Virus record (IMG/VR): IMGVR_UViG_3300029787_000060
Coordinates: 1 to 55,081 of that record
DNA: 55,081 nt
Strand: one strand, 5' to 3'
Source: a virus
Taxonomy: Duplodnaviria > Caudoviricetes
The notes beneath the pieces are model-generated. The model ran no database searches. It was given only the letters and a program-made list of their open reading frames with translations, and was not told the DNA's origin. Both the position numbers and the translations under genes were made by a program. Shown here one piece after another: positions 46,785-54,693 of this stretch. Numbering within the stretch: the first letter of the stretch is position 1; every line of letters begins with the position of its first letter.

Positions 46785-47646
46785 TGTTCCTCCATTGATC
46801 GCAAAAATTACTGACCCTACAATAATCTTGCAGACATCTTGTCGGCTCACCTTCTCGGTGTTCGACAAACAATTTCTCTGAGGAATCTTTGCAGTGTTTA
46901 TCTGCGTCTTCCTCGCTGTCGTACAATTTTATTGCCCTTTTCCTGCCCTTCTTCATGACAGCCCATTTCTCACCACGCAACCAACGCTGCTTGTCTGTGC
47001 AAAATGCAATTGGTTCGCCCAGCATCTCAGCTAATCGAGCATCAGCGTGTTGATCCAGATACCCCTCAATAATACGGGCCTGCTCCTCTGGTTCAGTGAT
47101 AGGAATGTCAATGATAACTATGGGAGCTTGCGGGTAATTGGCATTGTTCTCTGCCTCCCTCTGCTTCCAGTCCCGCAGCACTGCCACTATCTGTAGTTCA
47201 GAGATCTCTTTATTCTTGGCGTTTCTTACAAGCCAAGCATAACAATTGAGCTGATCAACCCATTCCTCTTTGCCGTAAATAACAGACCAGACTGACGTAC
47301 ATTTGTAGTCGGCTATGGATATAGTGCCGTCCGGGTTTACTTTCTGCACATCGATAGCGCCAGAGATCTTCCAATCTTTGTGCGTAATGTGCAGCCGTTC
47401 TTCTAAGATATAGTCCCACGAAGCTTCGGCCTCAAACATATTGTGAACCGCAGTCCCAAGGACAGACCAAAGCTTGTCACTCACATCTTCAGTCAACTCT
47501 TCCCAGTATTTCTTTCTCAAGATATTTATTCGGGGCGAATCAATCATAGTGGTCACGCTAATCTCAGCGTCACCCATTGAGTAATTGTCTTTGGATAGAG
47601 CCTTATACACAGGCTCTGGTAGATTATGTTTATTAGTTATCTTCAT
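46768..47646 (-). CDS. PD-(D/E)XK exonuclease (RecB/Cas4-like)
   Basis: LGTAVH, E.R, ISGAID, IADYK, QLNCY, and C-terminal Cys (RC..YC....FC). Confidence 0.82.
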   Translation of the reverse strand: MKITNKHNLPEPVYKALSKDNYSMGDAEISVTTMIDSPRINILRKKYWEELTEDVSDKLWSVLGTAVHNMFEAEASWDYILEERLHITHKDWKISGAIDVQKVNPDGTISIADYKCTSVWSVIYGKEEWVDQLNCYAWLVRNAKNKEISELQIVAVLRDWKQREAENNANYPQAPIVIIDIPITEPEEQARIIEGYLDQHADARLAEMLGEPIAFCTDKQRWLRGEKWAVMKKGRKRAIKLYDSEEDADKHCKDSSEKLFVEHREGEPTRCLQDYCRVSNFCDQWRNNDRTG

Positions 47647-47864
47647 AAGACCCGGAACACCCGGCATCCTTCTCCTTCTCGGTGTACAGTAAACCTCTTA
47701 CCGCTCTCCTTGTTTGACCTTATACTTGCCTGAGAGCGCACGTTTGTTTCTTTCATGTCATCAGTGGGAACCAGTACGCTATCACCGATCTCCATCTTCT
47801 CGAATGGGATCAGCGTCTGCCTCACCTTTGGTCTTGGCACATCCTTCTCTATCTCTAGACTCAT
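47643..47864 (-). CDS. Small putative DNA-binding protein
   Basis: IEKDVPRP...PFEKMEIGDSVLV...RVFRV, a pattern common in phage small proteins. Confidence 0.65.
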   Translation of the reverse strand: MSLEIEKDVPRPKVRQTLIPFEKMEIGDSVLVPTDDMKETNVRSQASIRSNKESGKRFTVHREGEGCRVFRVL

Positions 47865-47955
47865 CTGGTATTTCTCCTAATTGGTTATCGTCACTAAAGT
47901 CTGGCAATATACCAGCCTCTTGTAATCCTAAAACATATTGACCCATCTTACTCAT
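47782..47955 (-). CDS. Small hypothetical protein
   Basis: GAGG RBS before ATG 47955 (MSKMGQYVL...). Confidence 0.5.
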   Translation of the reverse strand: MSKMGQYVLGLQEAGILPDFSDDNQLGEIPDESRDREGCAKTKGEADADPIREDGDR

Positions 47956-47974
47956 ATCAATTACCTCGGAGGTG

Positions 47975-48003
47975 ATATTAATGTTGCGTAATATTGATGT
48001 CAA
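47975..48003 (-). promoter_or_regulatory. Sigma70-type promoter for the leftward recombination operon
   Basis: On the minus strand, TTGACA (48003-47998)-17 bp-TAATAT (47980-47975). Confidence 0.65.
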
Positions 48004-48373
48004 CGCTAATATCATTTATGAATGCGTTGTCAAGGGTGAGCCAGCTTCTAAGGCAAACAGCAGAAGGTTTGTCACGATCAAAGGCAGGCCGTACTTTATA
48101 AAGTCTAAGAAAGCTTTGGATTATGTGAAGGCGTTTGAGAAGCAGGCTGAGATTCTAGATGATCTTATTGAGTGCGATGTTGCCGCCCATATAACCATTC
48201 ACTATAAGACACGCAGGCCAGATCTGGATGAGTCCGTTATCCTTGATTGCTTGCAGGGAGTGGCATATAAAAATGACAGACAAGTTAAAGAAAAACACAT
48301 CTACTGGGCGCTCGACAGAGAAGATCCCCGTGCCATCATTAGGCTCGTTGCTATCGAAGGAGATAGCGCGTAA
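47981..48373 (+). CDS. rusA: RusA-like Holliday junction resolvase
   Basis: GEPASKANSRR, RRPDLD...ILDCLQG..YKNDRQV. GGAGG RBS before ATG 47981. Confidence 0.85.
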   Translation: MLRNIDVNANIIYECVVKGEPASKANSRRFVTIKGRPYFIKSKKALDYVKAFEKQAEILDDLIECDVAAHITIHYKTRRPDLDESVILDCLQGVAYKNDRQVKEKHIYWALDREDPRAIIRLVAIEGDSA

Positions 48374-48626
48374 GCTTATTGATCGCAGCTTCAGGGATCT
48401 CTGTTTGGCAGATGAGTCTGCAAAAGCTTTAGAATTTTTCACATCTGACGATTTAATAAAGCACTGCGAGGACGCAGATCTCGATGCGGCGTGGGTCAAA
48501 GACTCCGCATTAGATATAGCAAAGCGTTCAAAGGTGCAGCGTCAATACTTACTTAAAGGAATCATTAAAGAATTGAGGGGAAACAATGGGGGTCATAGAC
48601 GAAGTCGTAGAGGGGATCTACGATGA
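48273..48626 (+). CDS. Hypothetical protein (start uncertain, possibly GTG 48330)
   Basis: Fills the gap between rusA and the primase-helicase; IDRSFRDL..., CEDADLD. Confidence 0.5.
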   Translation: MTDKLKKNTSTGRSTEKIPVPSLGSLLSKEIARKLIDRSFRDLCLADESAKALEFFTSDDLIKHCEDADLDAAWVKDSALDIAKRSKVQRQYLLKGIIKELRGNNGGHRRSRRGDLR

Positions 48627-50304
48627 TTGCAGGATAGTCTGTCCTGAATGTGGGAACGATAGGAAAAAGAAAAACGTCAAAACTTTGTCGGTCACAATAG
48701 GCGCTGACGCTAAACTTTATTACTGTCACCATTGCTCCGCATCCGGGGCAGTCAAAATCAAATCACCTTACGAGCGGCTACCTAAACAGAAAGTCGTTCA
48801 CATTCAAACAACTAGGGATAATGCTGTGCTAGAAGAGTTCCTTTCCAGCCGGGGCATTCCTATGTCTGCGGTAAACACTGAGGTTATTACTGGGGAAAAG
48901 TATTTTAACGGCGGCGGCAATCTACCAGCCGTAGGGTTTGTATACGTTTCAGGCTCTGAAAGGGCGGTAAAATGGCGCTCTACTGAGGGTAAATACTTTA
49001 CCCAAGACGGTGCTGCCAGATGGCTATATGGTATCGAAAAGGTATCAAATGAGGATGACCAATTGGTTATCTGTGAGGGCGAGGTTGATGTCCTTGCTCT
49101 GTCAGCGGCTAGTGTGACGGCTGTGTCGTGTCCTAACGGTGCGCCCCAGAAAGTTAGCAACAACAGAATCAATCCAGAGGATGACAATAAGTTTAGCTAT
49201 CTCTGGGATGCAAGAGACATCATCACCAACATCCCCAAAATAATACTGGCTACTGACAACGATCAGGCTGGTGAGGCGCTGGCTGAAGAGATCGCAAGGC
49301 GAGTGGGCAGGGCTAAGTGTTGGCGAGTTAACTACCCAGAAGGGTGCAAGGATAGCAATGATGTTTTGCTTAGGCACGGGGCTGATGAGCTGGCGAAGTT
49401 GATTGCCAACCCAACACCTATGCCACTGAAGGGCGTGTACGCAGCACAGGACTACGCTAATGAGGTGAAGCATATCTACACTGAGGGCGTGGGGACTGGG
49501 GTGTCTACGGGGTTACAGTCTGTAGATGATCTGTTCACCGTCAGCGAGGGGCAGTTGTCTGTAGTCACTGGCCTACCAAGCTCTGGCAAGAGTGAATTTA
49601 TTGATCAAATAATGATCAATATGGCACAGAAAGATCACTGGAAGTTTGCAGTGTGCAGCTTTGAGAACCCGCCTCATTTTCACATAGCGAAGCTGGCTGA
49701 GAAAATTATCGGCAAGCCTTTCTTTGATGGGCCTAACCAGCGTATCAGTAATGAAGAGTTGGACACAGCAATTGACTTCATTGACAAGCATTTCGTTTTC
49801 CTAGATCAAAAGGATGGTGTGGTCTCATCTATAGACAGCATCATAGATAGGGCGAAACAGGCGGTACTCAGGTTGGGTGTCCGGGGGCTGGTGATAGATC
49901 CCTATAACTACATCGAACAGGATGGGACAGAGGAGCATATCTCTATCTCTGCAATGCTGACTAAGGTAACCACTTTCTGCAAGGCTCACGGCATTCACTG
50001 CTGGTTCGTGGCACACCCAGCTAAAGTATATCCCAAGGAGGACGGGACATATCCTGTCCCCAAGGGGATGTCGATCTCTGGCAGTGCTGCTTGGTTTGCT
50101 AAGGCTGACTTAGGTATCACTGTACACAGAACAGATGATGACGTTGAAGTTCATTGCTGGAAGTGCAGGTTTAAATGGGTAGGTAAACAAGGGGTCACTA
50201 ATCTAAATTATGATTTACTCAGCGGCAGGTACTCTGAAAAGAACAGGGTTGAATCTTACAGCCCGGATACCCGGATTCACTGGTATGACCAAGTCGATAT
50301 CTGA
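48586..50304 (+). CDS. Bifunctional primase-helicase (T7 gp4/Twinkle-like)
   Basis: Zn finger CPEC...CHHC, TOPRIM motifs ICEGEVD and TDNDQAG, KDSND, Walker A GLPSSGKS, VIDPYN, VAHP. Confidence 0.93.
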   Translation: MGVIDEVVEGIYDDCRIVCPECGNDRKKKNVKTLSVTIGADAKLYYCHHCSASGAVKIKSPYERLPKQKVVHIQTTRDNAVLEEFLSSRGIPMSAVNTEVITGEKYFNGGGNLPAVGFVYVSGSERAVKWRSTEGKYFTQDGAARWLYGIEKVSNEDDQLVICEGEVDVLALSAASVTAVSCPNGAPQKVSNNRINPEDDNKFSYLWDARDIITNIPKIILATDNDQAGEALAEEIARRVGRAKCWRVNYPEGCKDSNDVLLRHGADELAKLIANPTPMPLKGVYAAQDYANEVKHIYTEGVGTGVSTGLQSVDDLFTVSEGQLSVVTGLPSSGKSEFIDQIMINMAQKDHWKFAVCSFENPPHFHIAKLAEKIIGKPFFDGPNQRISNEELDTAIDFIDKHFVFLDQKDGVVSSIDSIIDRAKQAVLRLGVRGLVIDPYNYIEQDGTEEHISISAMLTKVTTFCKAHGIHCWFVAHPAKVYPKEDGTYPVPKGMSISGSAAWFAKADLGITVHRTDDDVEVHCWKCRFKWVGKQGVTNLNYDLLSGRYSEKNRVESYSPDTRIHWYDQVDI

Positions 50305-50710
50305 TCTAGGAACCAGAGAGATTCACGAAAGACACAGCGTCATGATAGAGGGCGGAACCATACCTCGCGCTAGAGTTATGGATCAGTTGATCATTGATAA
50401 GCTTTTAATGCAGGGAAGGATCTCTTTGTCACAGCATATGGCGGCTGAATTATTTCTAAGTCAGGCGGAACGTGCTTGTATAAATATTCGGGCGCAGAAA
50501 TATGATTCTATCCCGGCAGGTAACGGCAAGAAAGATAACTACGGCAATGGGTATGGAGCGTTCAGCAAGACTGTCACGCTAGTCAAGAAGACTTTAGGAG
50601 TAGAGTGCGCCAGAGTCTTATATGATTGCCTGATATCAAACGAATTTTGTGAGGATAATTTTGGCCTGCTGAGTAAAAGTCTAGACCTGATTGTTAATCG
50701 CAGAATGTAG
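50285..50710 (+). CDS. Hypothetical protein
   Basis: MTKSISDLGT...RARVMDQLIID.L...I...QH.AA; overlaps the helicase end. Confidence 0.6.
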   Translation: MTKSISDLGTREIHERHSVMIEGGTIPRARVMDQLIIDKLLMQGRISLSQHMAAELFLSQAERACINIRAQKYDSIPAGNGKKDNYGNGYGAFSKTVTLVKKTLGVECARVLYDCLISNEFCEDNFGLLSKSLDLIVNRRM

Positions 50711-50711
50711 T

Positions 50712-50795
50712 GCAGCAGTCTTTATCACGCCACAAGATTCCGGGGGTACGCGATAAAGTTAGGTGCTGCTGCGCCACCCTTGGAGTTCCCCCCGG
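50712..50795 (-). ncRNA. Pseudoknotted structured RNA candidate between convergent genes
   Basis: Three stems of 7, 7 and 10 bp in pseudoknot order. A G-U wobble favours the minus strand. Confidence 0.5.
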
Positions 50796-51053
50796 TTACT
50801 TAGCTTTGTAAGGCACGAATCCTAAATGGGTTAACCTTTCGTTGACCATAATCTCCCAAGTCAAAACCCTTTCGCACCTGTGTTGGTTGGCTTTTATTCT
50901 AGCGAACCTTTCAACCTTTGTCTCAATATCCTCTGACGCATCCCCTTCAACTCGAAAGTTGAACAGTCTTTGTCCCCCGTTACTCAGTTGTATCTTGACT
51001 TTCGCTGTCCCAATCATCTTGATCCCCATCAATGTCATCAACATAGCCGTCAA
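50796..51053 (-). CDS. Hypothetical protein (start probably near 51017)
   Basis: ORF overlapping the upstream gene in a tightly packed minus-strand run. Confidence 0.55.
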   Translation of the reverse strand: MTAMLMTLMGIKMIGTAKVKIQLSNGGQRLFNFRVEGDASEDIETKVERFARIKANQHRCERVLTWEIMVNERLTHLGFVPYKAK

Positions 51054-51279
51054 TAAGTTTATTAACTGTCTCGTTCATTTCGCCTAAGCTTTTGTAAAGA
51101 ATAGATATATTAGACCAGAGGAAAGCATCACGATCTCCTGCCATTGCGTTTTCTTTAAGCCTGAGACACCGTTTCTCAATCTCTACCGCGCTGTCGTATA
51201 TAGATTTCCTTAAACACTTTCTATATTGATCCAGCTTACTGTCTTTTATATTCTTGTTAATATTAATAACATTATTCAT
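50980..51279 (-). CDS. Hypothetical protein
   Basis: AGGAG RBS; 99 aa. Confidence 0.6.
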   Translation of the reverse strand: MNNVININKNIKDSKLDQYRKCLRKSIYDSAVEIEKRCLRLKENAMAGDRDAFLWSNISILYKSLGEMNETVNKLIDGYVDDIDGDQDDWDSESQDTTE

Positions 51280-51297
51280 GTGAACTCCTAGAAAATA

Positions 51298-51558
51298 TTA
51301 GTTTATTGCTGTGCTGTCTCTGTCTTTTTTCTTTGCGTCAATGACACCCTTCAACATTGCAAACACCCATTCCTCTGGGATGTCTCTGTCGCTGCCATTC
51401 GGTGTGTCGTAAACAACAAGATCAGACAGCACTTCGATCAGTGCCGCAGCTATCGACACCCTCGGAATATCATCGGCCTTATCGTTTAAAACATCAGTGA
51501 TTGCTATGCCTATAACATCCATCTGCTCGGCAAATTCTTTGTATGTCATGTCCATCAT
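51298..51558 (-). CDS. Hypothetical protein
   Basis: GGAGG RBS; 86 aa. Confidence 0.6.
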   Translation of the reverse strand: MMDMTYKEFAEQMDVIGIAITDVLNDKADDIPRVSIAAALIEVLSDLVVYDTPNGSDRDIPEEWVFAMLKGVIDAKKKDRDSTAIN

Positions 51559-51565
51559 TTTCCTC

Positions 51566-51763
51566 CTAGTCGTAAATGCTAAAGTTAAATTCTGGGGTTA
51601 CAGTTTCCAGTATCAGTCCCTCCATTAGCAGGGCTTCCTTCTTAGGCATAACCTGCATGCCCTCTGAAGTAACTTGAACTAAGCAGTGAGATACTAAGGT
51701 GTCTCTAGCCAGATACTCCGCCTCTTCTAGCGCGGCTAGTGGGTCAGTGAATAGAGATGTCAT
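51566..51763 (-). CDS. Hypothetical protein
   Basis: ATGA overlap; FTDPLAALEEAEYLA. Confidence 0.6.
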   Translation of the reverse strand: MTSLFTDPLAALEEAEYLARDTLVSHCLVQVTSEGMQVMPKKEALLMEGLILETVTPEFNFSIYD

Positions 51764-52167
51764 GACTCATCCTTATCATTTGCGACTGTCTCGCTCCAGC
51801 TTTCATACTCGTCACTGTTTCTCCACTTCTCGTATTCCTCATCGGGATCAATCTCGTATCGAGGCTTGGGGTTTGGATCAAAGTCCTCATCCCCCACCCT
51901 GTTAGGGTCATCTGGCAGTGTTCTCCAGTCTGTATATACTCGTCCCATCCTTTCCTCCTTTATCCAGTCTTTAATGTGATATGTAATTTCTTTCTCGTGC
52001 CTTCCGCATTTGACACACATTCGGTTGTTCTTAGTTCCTGTCTTGAAGTACCGCCATTCATGATACTCCAGTAAGCAGGGAGCCTGATCTAGCAGCTCTT
52101 CAAACCTTAGATACATCTTGTCATGAAGGGCAATGATCTTGTCACAGAGTAGATGTAATTTGTCCAT
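51760..52167 (-). CDS. Hypothetical protein with an internal in-frame start
   Basis: GAGG RBS. C..H...CVKC in the N-terminal half. Second start at 51948 with an AAGGAGG RBS. Confidence 0.55.
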   Translation of the reverse strand: MDKLHLLCDKIIALHDKMYLRFEELLDQAPCLLEYHEWRYFKTGTKNNRMCVKCGRHEKEITYHIKDWIKEERMGRVYTDWRTLPDDPNRVGDEDFDPNPKPRYEIDPDEEYEKWRNSDEYESWSETVANDKDES

Positions 52168-52181
52168 AAGCCCTCAATGTA

Positions 52182-52557
52182 AGGCCCGTCTCGTGGGCCA
52201 AGCGGCTGAAGTTTACAGCTTTTCAAAGTGGCGGACAGTGATATCCAGAGATACCCTTCCTGACAAATCGATGGCCCATTGCCAGCTTCCCGCCATATAT
52301 CTTCTTAAACAAATGCCTCGGTAGCCTTACTGTGTGAGACAGCAATGGCCCGTGGGTATAGTGATAAGTTAGCTTAGTCATATACATTTTACTTCCCCTC
52401 TATCCAAAAATTTAATGAGGCCCGTATCGTGGGCTAGACGGCTAACTCCTGCGTCATTTTCTGGAGCCTCAAGGGAAGCATCGCATAGTTAGCTGCGGGT
52501 GTTATCGGGGGGAACAAATCAACCGTAAAAAACCCCTACGCACCGCCCGCTGGCGTT
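52182..52557 (-). ncRNA. Two related structured RNA elements (52418-52557 and 52182-52295)
   Basis: 26-nt repeat, 22/26 identical, ending in a GCCC-ACGANAC-GGGC hairpin. Each copy is preceded by stems of similar topology. Confidence 0.5.
52223..52387 (-). CDS. Small basic ORF (54 aa) below the ORF-track cut-off
   Basis: GAGGGG RBS; MYMTKLTYHYTHGPLLSHTVRLPRHLFKKIYGGKLAMGHRFVRKGISGYHCPPL. Overlaps a structured element. Confidence 0.35.
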   Translation of the reverse strand: MYMTKLTYHYTHGPLLSHTVRLPRHLFKKIYGGKLAMGHRFVRKGISGYHCPPL

Positions 52558-52580
52558 TGTTAAATTCCTCCTATGTTTCA

Positions 52581-53066
52581 TCAAATAACTACGCCAAAAC
52601 CCCCGCAAGATTGGCATTCAGGGTCTATTGGGTGCATTTCTTCATCGCCATAGCCGAAGCAATCCGGGCAACCGTGCGTTTCGTCCCACAATTGACAAGC
52701 CTCCTCATTTACCGCATCAACAGCCGCCCAGTAATTTTTTGAGAAAGTATCCGGGTCTGTATCTTCTAACTCAACAACCACGCTGTCACATTCTACGTCT
52801 AAACCTTCGACAATCGACCCAACCTGAAGCCTAAGCACCTCAATACCCTTTGCGGGCATCTCCATAAAGCGGGGGAGTGTTCTTAATTCCTCACAAGAAT
52901 ACCACCTGTCTTCCTTATCTATACTTCGAACCAGTACGCCAACAGCAGGGCCGCAAGGGGTGCATTTGTAAGTGTTCCTGTATAATTCGTAAAGACTCTC
53001 AAAACCGAAGTCTTCAAAGGCAAGCCTTAAAATATCATGCCCTGTATTATCGAGTGTCATCGTCAT
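52581..53066 (-). CDS. Hypothetical Cys-rich protein
   Basis: YKCTPCGP, VGSIVEG, HGCPDC, CQSCGG. AGGA RBS. Confidence 0.65.
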   Translation of the reverse strand: MTMTLDNTGHDILRLAFEDFGFESLYELYRNTYKCTPCGPAVGVLVRSIDKEDRWYSCEELRTLPRFMEMPAKGIEVLRLQVGSIVEGLDVECDSVVVELEDTDPDTFSKNYWAAVDAVNEEACQLWDETHGCPDCFGYGDEEMHPIDPECQSCGGFGVVI

Positions 53067-53085
53067 TTTCCTATCCCGCTGGCGT

Positions 53086-53277
53086 TCATTTACAGTCTAT
53101 ATCTGGGTTGTATTCAGGCCAACCTAGATCCCCTCCCGTGTCCCTGTATAACCTAGTCATCTCGCAGTAATCCGATTGATGGCGCAGAGCTTCTTGGTTG
53201 TCGGCATTCCCTGCAATTCCAAGAGAGAGCAATGCCAAAAACAAAAAGATAAATACTTTATGTATGTCACTCATCAT
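53086..53277 (-). CDS. Small membrane/secreted protein
   Basis: N-terminal hydrophobic helix; YCEM...GWP.Y...C. Confidence 0.6.
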   Translation of the reverse strand: MMSDIHKVFIFLFLALLSLGIAGNADNQEALRHQSDYCEMTRLYRDTGGDLGWPEYNPDIDCK

Positions 53278-53284
53278 CGTTCTC

Positions 53285-53539
53285 CTATGGGTTTAAATCT
53301 CGTGAGGTTAATGGTCTGAGGTCATTCTCACTGTGTTCTTCTACATCAAATTTATAATCTGTTTTCTTGGTAGTATCTGGTACAAAGATAGCGTTAATAA
53401 AAATATGGCTTTTACTTAGTCGTATAAAAGGAATTTCTTTTGCTCCTTGTACTTCGTCCAGAATGGAATTAACTTCTTGTCTAGGTATGGAACTAAAAAC
53501 ATCATCATGATTTTTTCTTTTCTTAATCCAAATCATCAT
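53285..53539 (-). CDS. Hypothetical protein
   Basis: GGAGG RBS; 84 aa. Confidence 0.55.
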   Translation of the reverse strand: MMIWIKKRKNHDDVFSSIPRQEVNSILDEVQGAKEIPFIRLSKSHIFINAIFVPDTTKKTDYKFDVEEHSENDLRPLTSRDLNP

Positions 53540-53553
53540 TGTCCTCCAAATTT

Positions 53554-53607
53554 GCCTGACCCAATTGACACCGACTCAACTCTAGCCGCGCCTCAACTGA
53601 GTCAGGC
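53554..53607 (-). promoter_or_regulatory. Long imperfect intergenic hairpin (RNase III-site-like)
   Basis: Minus strand GCCTGACTCAGTTGA/TCAATTGGGTCAGGC: 15-bp stem with two G-U pairs and no U-tail. Confidence 0.5.
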
Positions 53608-53613
53608 TTTCTT

Positions 53614-54114
53614 TTACATGTGAGTTAATACTGGATCATACTCTCGCTTGTCATGCTCAGGATGATCTGGATGGTGCTTGGCATAGACCTCTAAGATATT
53701 CAGAACATCTCCCAAATCTATAGCGCAATGACCATCACTGATTGGATCTTTCTCTAACCACTCAGGGCAATCGACCCAGTATTGATACTCGGTTACTGGT
53801 CTCTTGGTAGAGTGATCGTAATAACTATCACGAGTCTCTCGCTCAACAGATAGATCATACTTGTCGCAAAGCTTTTGAATTTGCCTCCTGTACGATGCAT
53901 TCATTGCTTTGTTCATATCATTGCGAAGCTCGATAATTCTCTTTTCAGTTTCAAGCTTCTCTGATTTTAACTCGCCCAAGACTTCTCTTGACCTTCTCAA
54001 AACATTCTTCGAGTCCTCAATATGTTCCTTCCATTTTTTGATCGACTCGTCTTGTGCCGAAACATTGTCTTTAAGAACTTCTATTTTGGTCATGTACTTA
54101 TCATACAATTTCAT
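53614..54114 (-). CDS. Hypothetical coiled-coil protein
   Basis: GGAGG RBS, TAATG coupling; 166 aa. Confidence 0.6.
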   Translation of the reverse strand: MKLYDKYMTKIEVLKDNVSAQDESIKKWKEHIEDSKNVLRRSREVLGELKSEKLETEKRIIELRNDMNKAMNASYRRQIQKLCDKYDLSVERETRDSYYDHSTKRPVTEYQYWVDCPEWLEKDPISDGHCAIDLGDVLNILEVYAKHHPDHPEHDKREYDPVLTHM

Positions 54115-54293
54115 TACGCACCCCTCCGGTATGTATACTTAACACCCTTGTGCCTGATCACTCGCTTCCGCCCTATCACTATGTCGCTGCTTGCAGTAGC
54201 CTCGAAGCCTCGATAGACAGAGAAGGTTCTGTCTACCGAAACGAGGCGGAGGAACGGATTCAAGTTAGCCAGTAATATTTTAAAACTAAACAT
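54114..54293 (-). CDS. Small hypothetical protein
   Basis: GGAGG RBS before ATG 54293 (MFSFKILL...). Confidence 0.5.
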   Translation of the reverse strand: MFSFKILLANLNPFLRLVSVDRTFSVYRGFEATASSDIVIGRKRVIRHKGVKYTYRRGA

Positions 54294-54693
54294 TGTGAAC
54301 CTCCGGTGTCCAATAAGTGTTGACTGGTCTATAGGTACAGTCCCAAGTGTCGAAGCAACAGCCATCGACTATCGCTGTCAGGTGACCTGAGTTCCTGACA
54401 ATCGCAGTATCAGGATGATCCTTCCAATACTTAAGCTTGATCAGCTTTCCATTGGAGTCCCTCGGACACTTATTCTTTTGCCAATCTAGTCTGCTTAGAT
54501 ACTCCATCCATACAATGTCTTGATTAGGCCAAGCGTACATCTCTAATCCGATCTTCATCAGGTCTTCAAAGACTAACTTGTAAGCCATACCAGTGGCGTT
54601 ACTTATCGCTCTGACTACGCAGTCATCTTTAAATTTTTGATTTATCCTCATAGAGGATTCGCACTGCTCAATGAATGGTATTTGCTGCTTCAT
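54286..54693 (-). CDS. Hypothetical protein with DCVVRAI...H...DTWD motifs (papain/C39-like Cys-His-Asp pattern)
   Basis: DCVVRAISNATG, GHLTAIVDG, DTWDC. Confidence 0.6.
   Translation of the reverse strand: MKQQIPFIEQCESSMRINQKFKDDCVVRAISNATGMAYKLVFEDLMKIGLEMYAWPNQDIVWMEYLSRLDWQKNKCPRDSNGKLIKLKYWKDHPDTAIVRNSGHLTAIVDGCCFDTWDCTYRPVNTYWTPEVHNV

Noticed and set aside
46768-47646. Cas4-like protein as part of a CRISPR system
   Set aside because: No repeat-spacer array or other cas genes. It sits next to Sak and SSB as a recombination exonuclease.
48018-48101. Leaderless ATG downstream of the + strand promoter-like sequence
   Set aside because: Out of frame with rusA and encodes only 27 aa inside it. 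No support.
52182-52557. tRNA genes or known ribozymes (hammerhead, twister, HDV)
   Set aside because: No cloverleaf or TTCGA T-arm, and no CUGANGA/GAAA hammerhead core recognised by eye. A covariance search is still needed.
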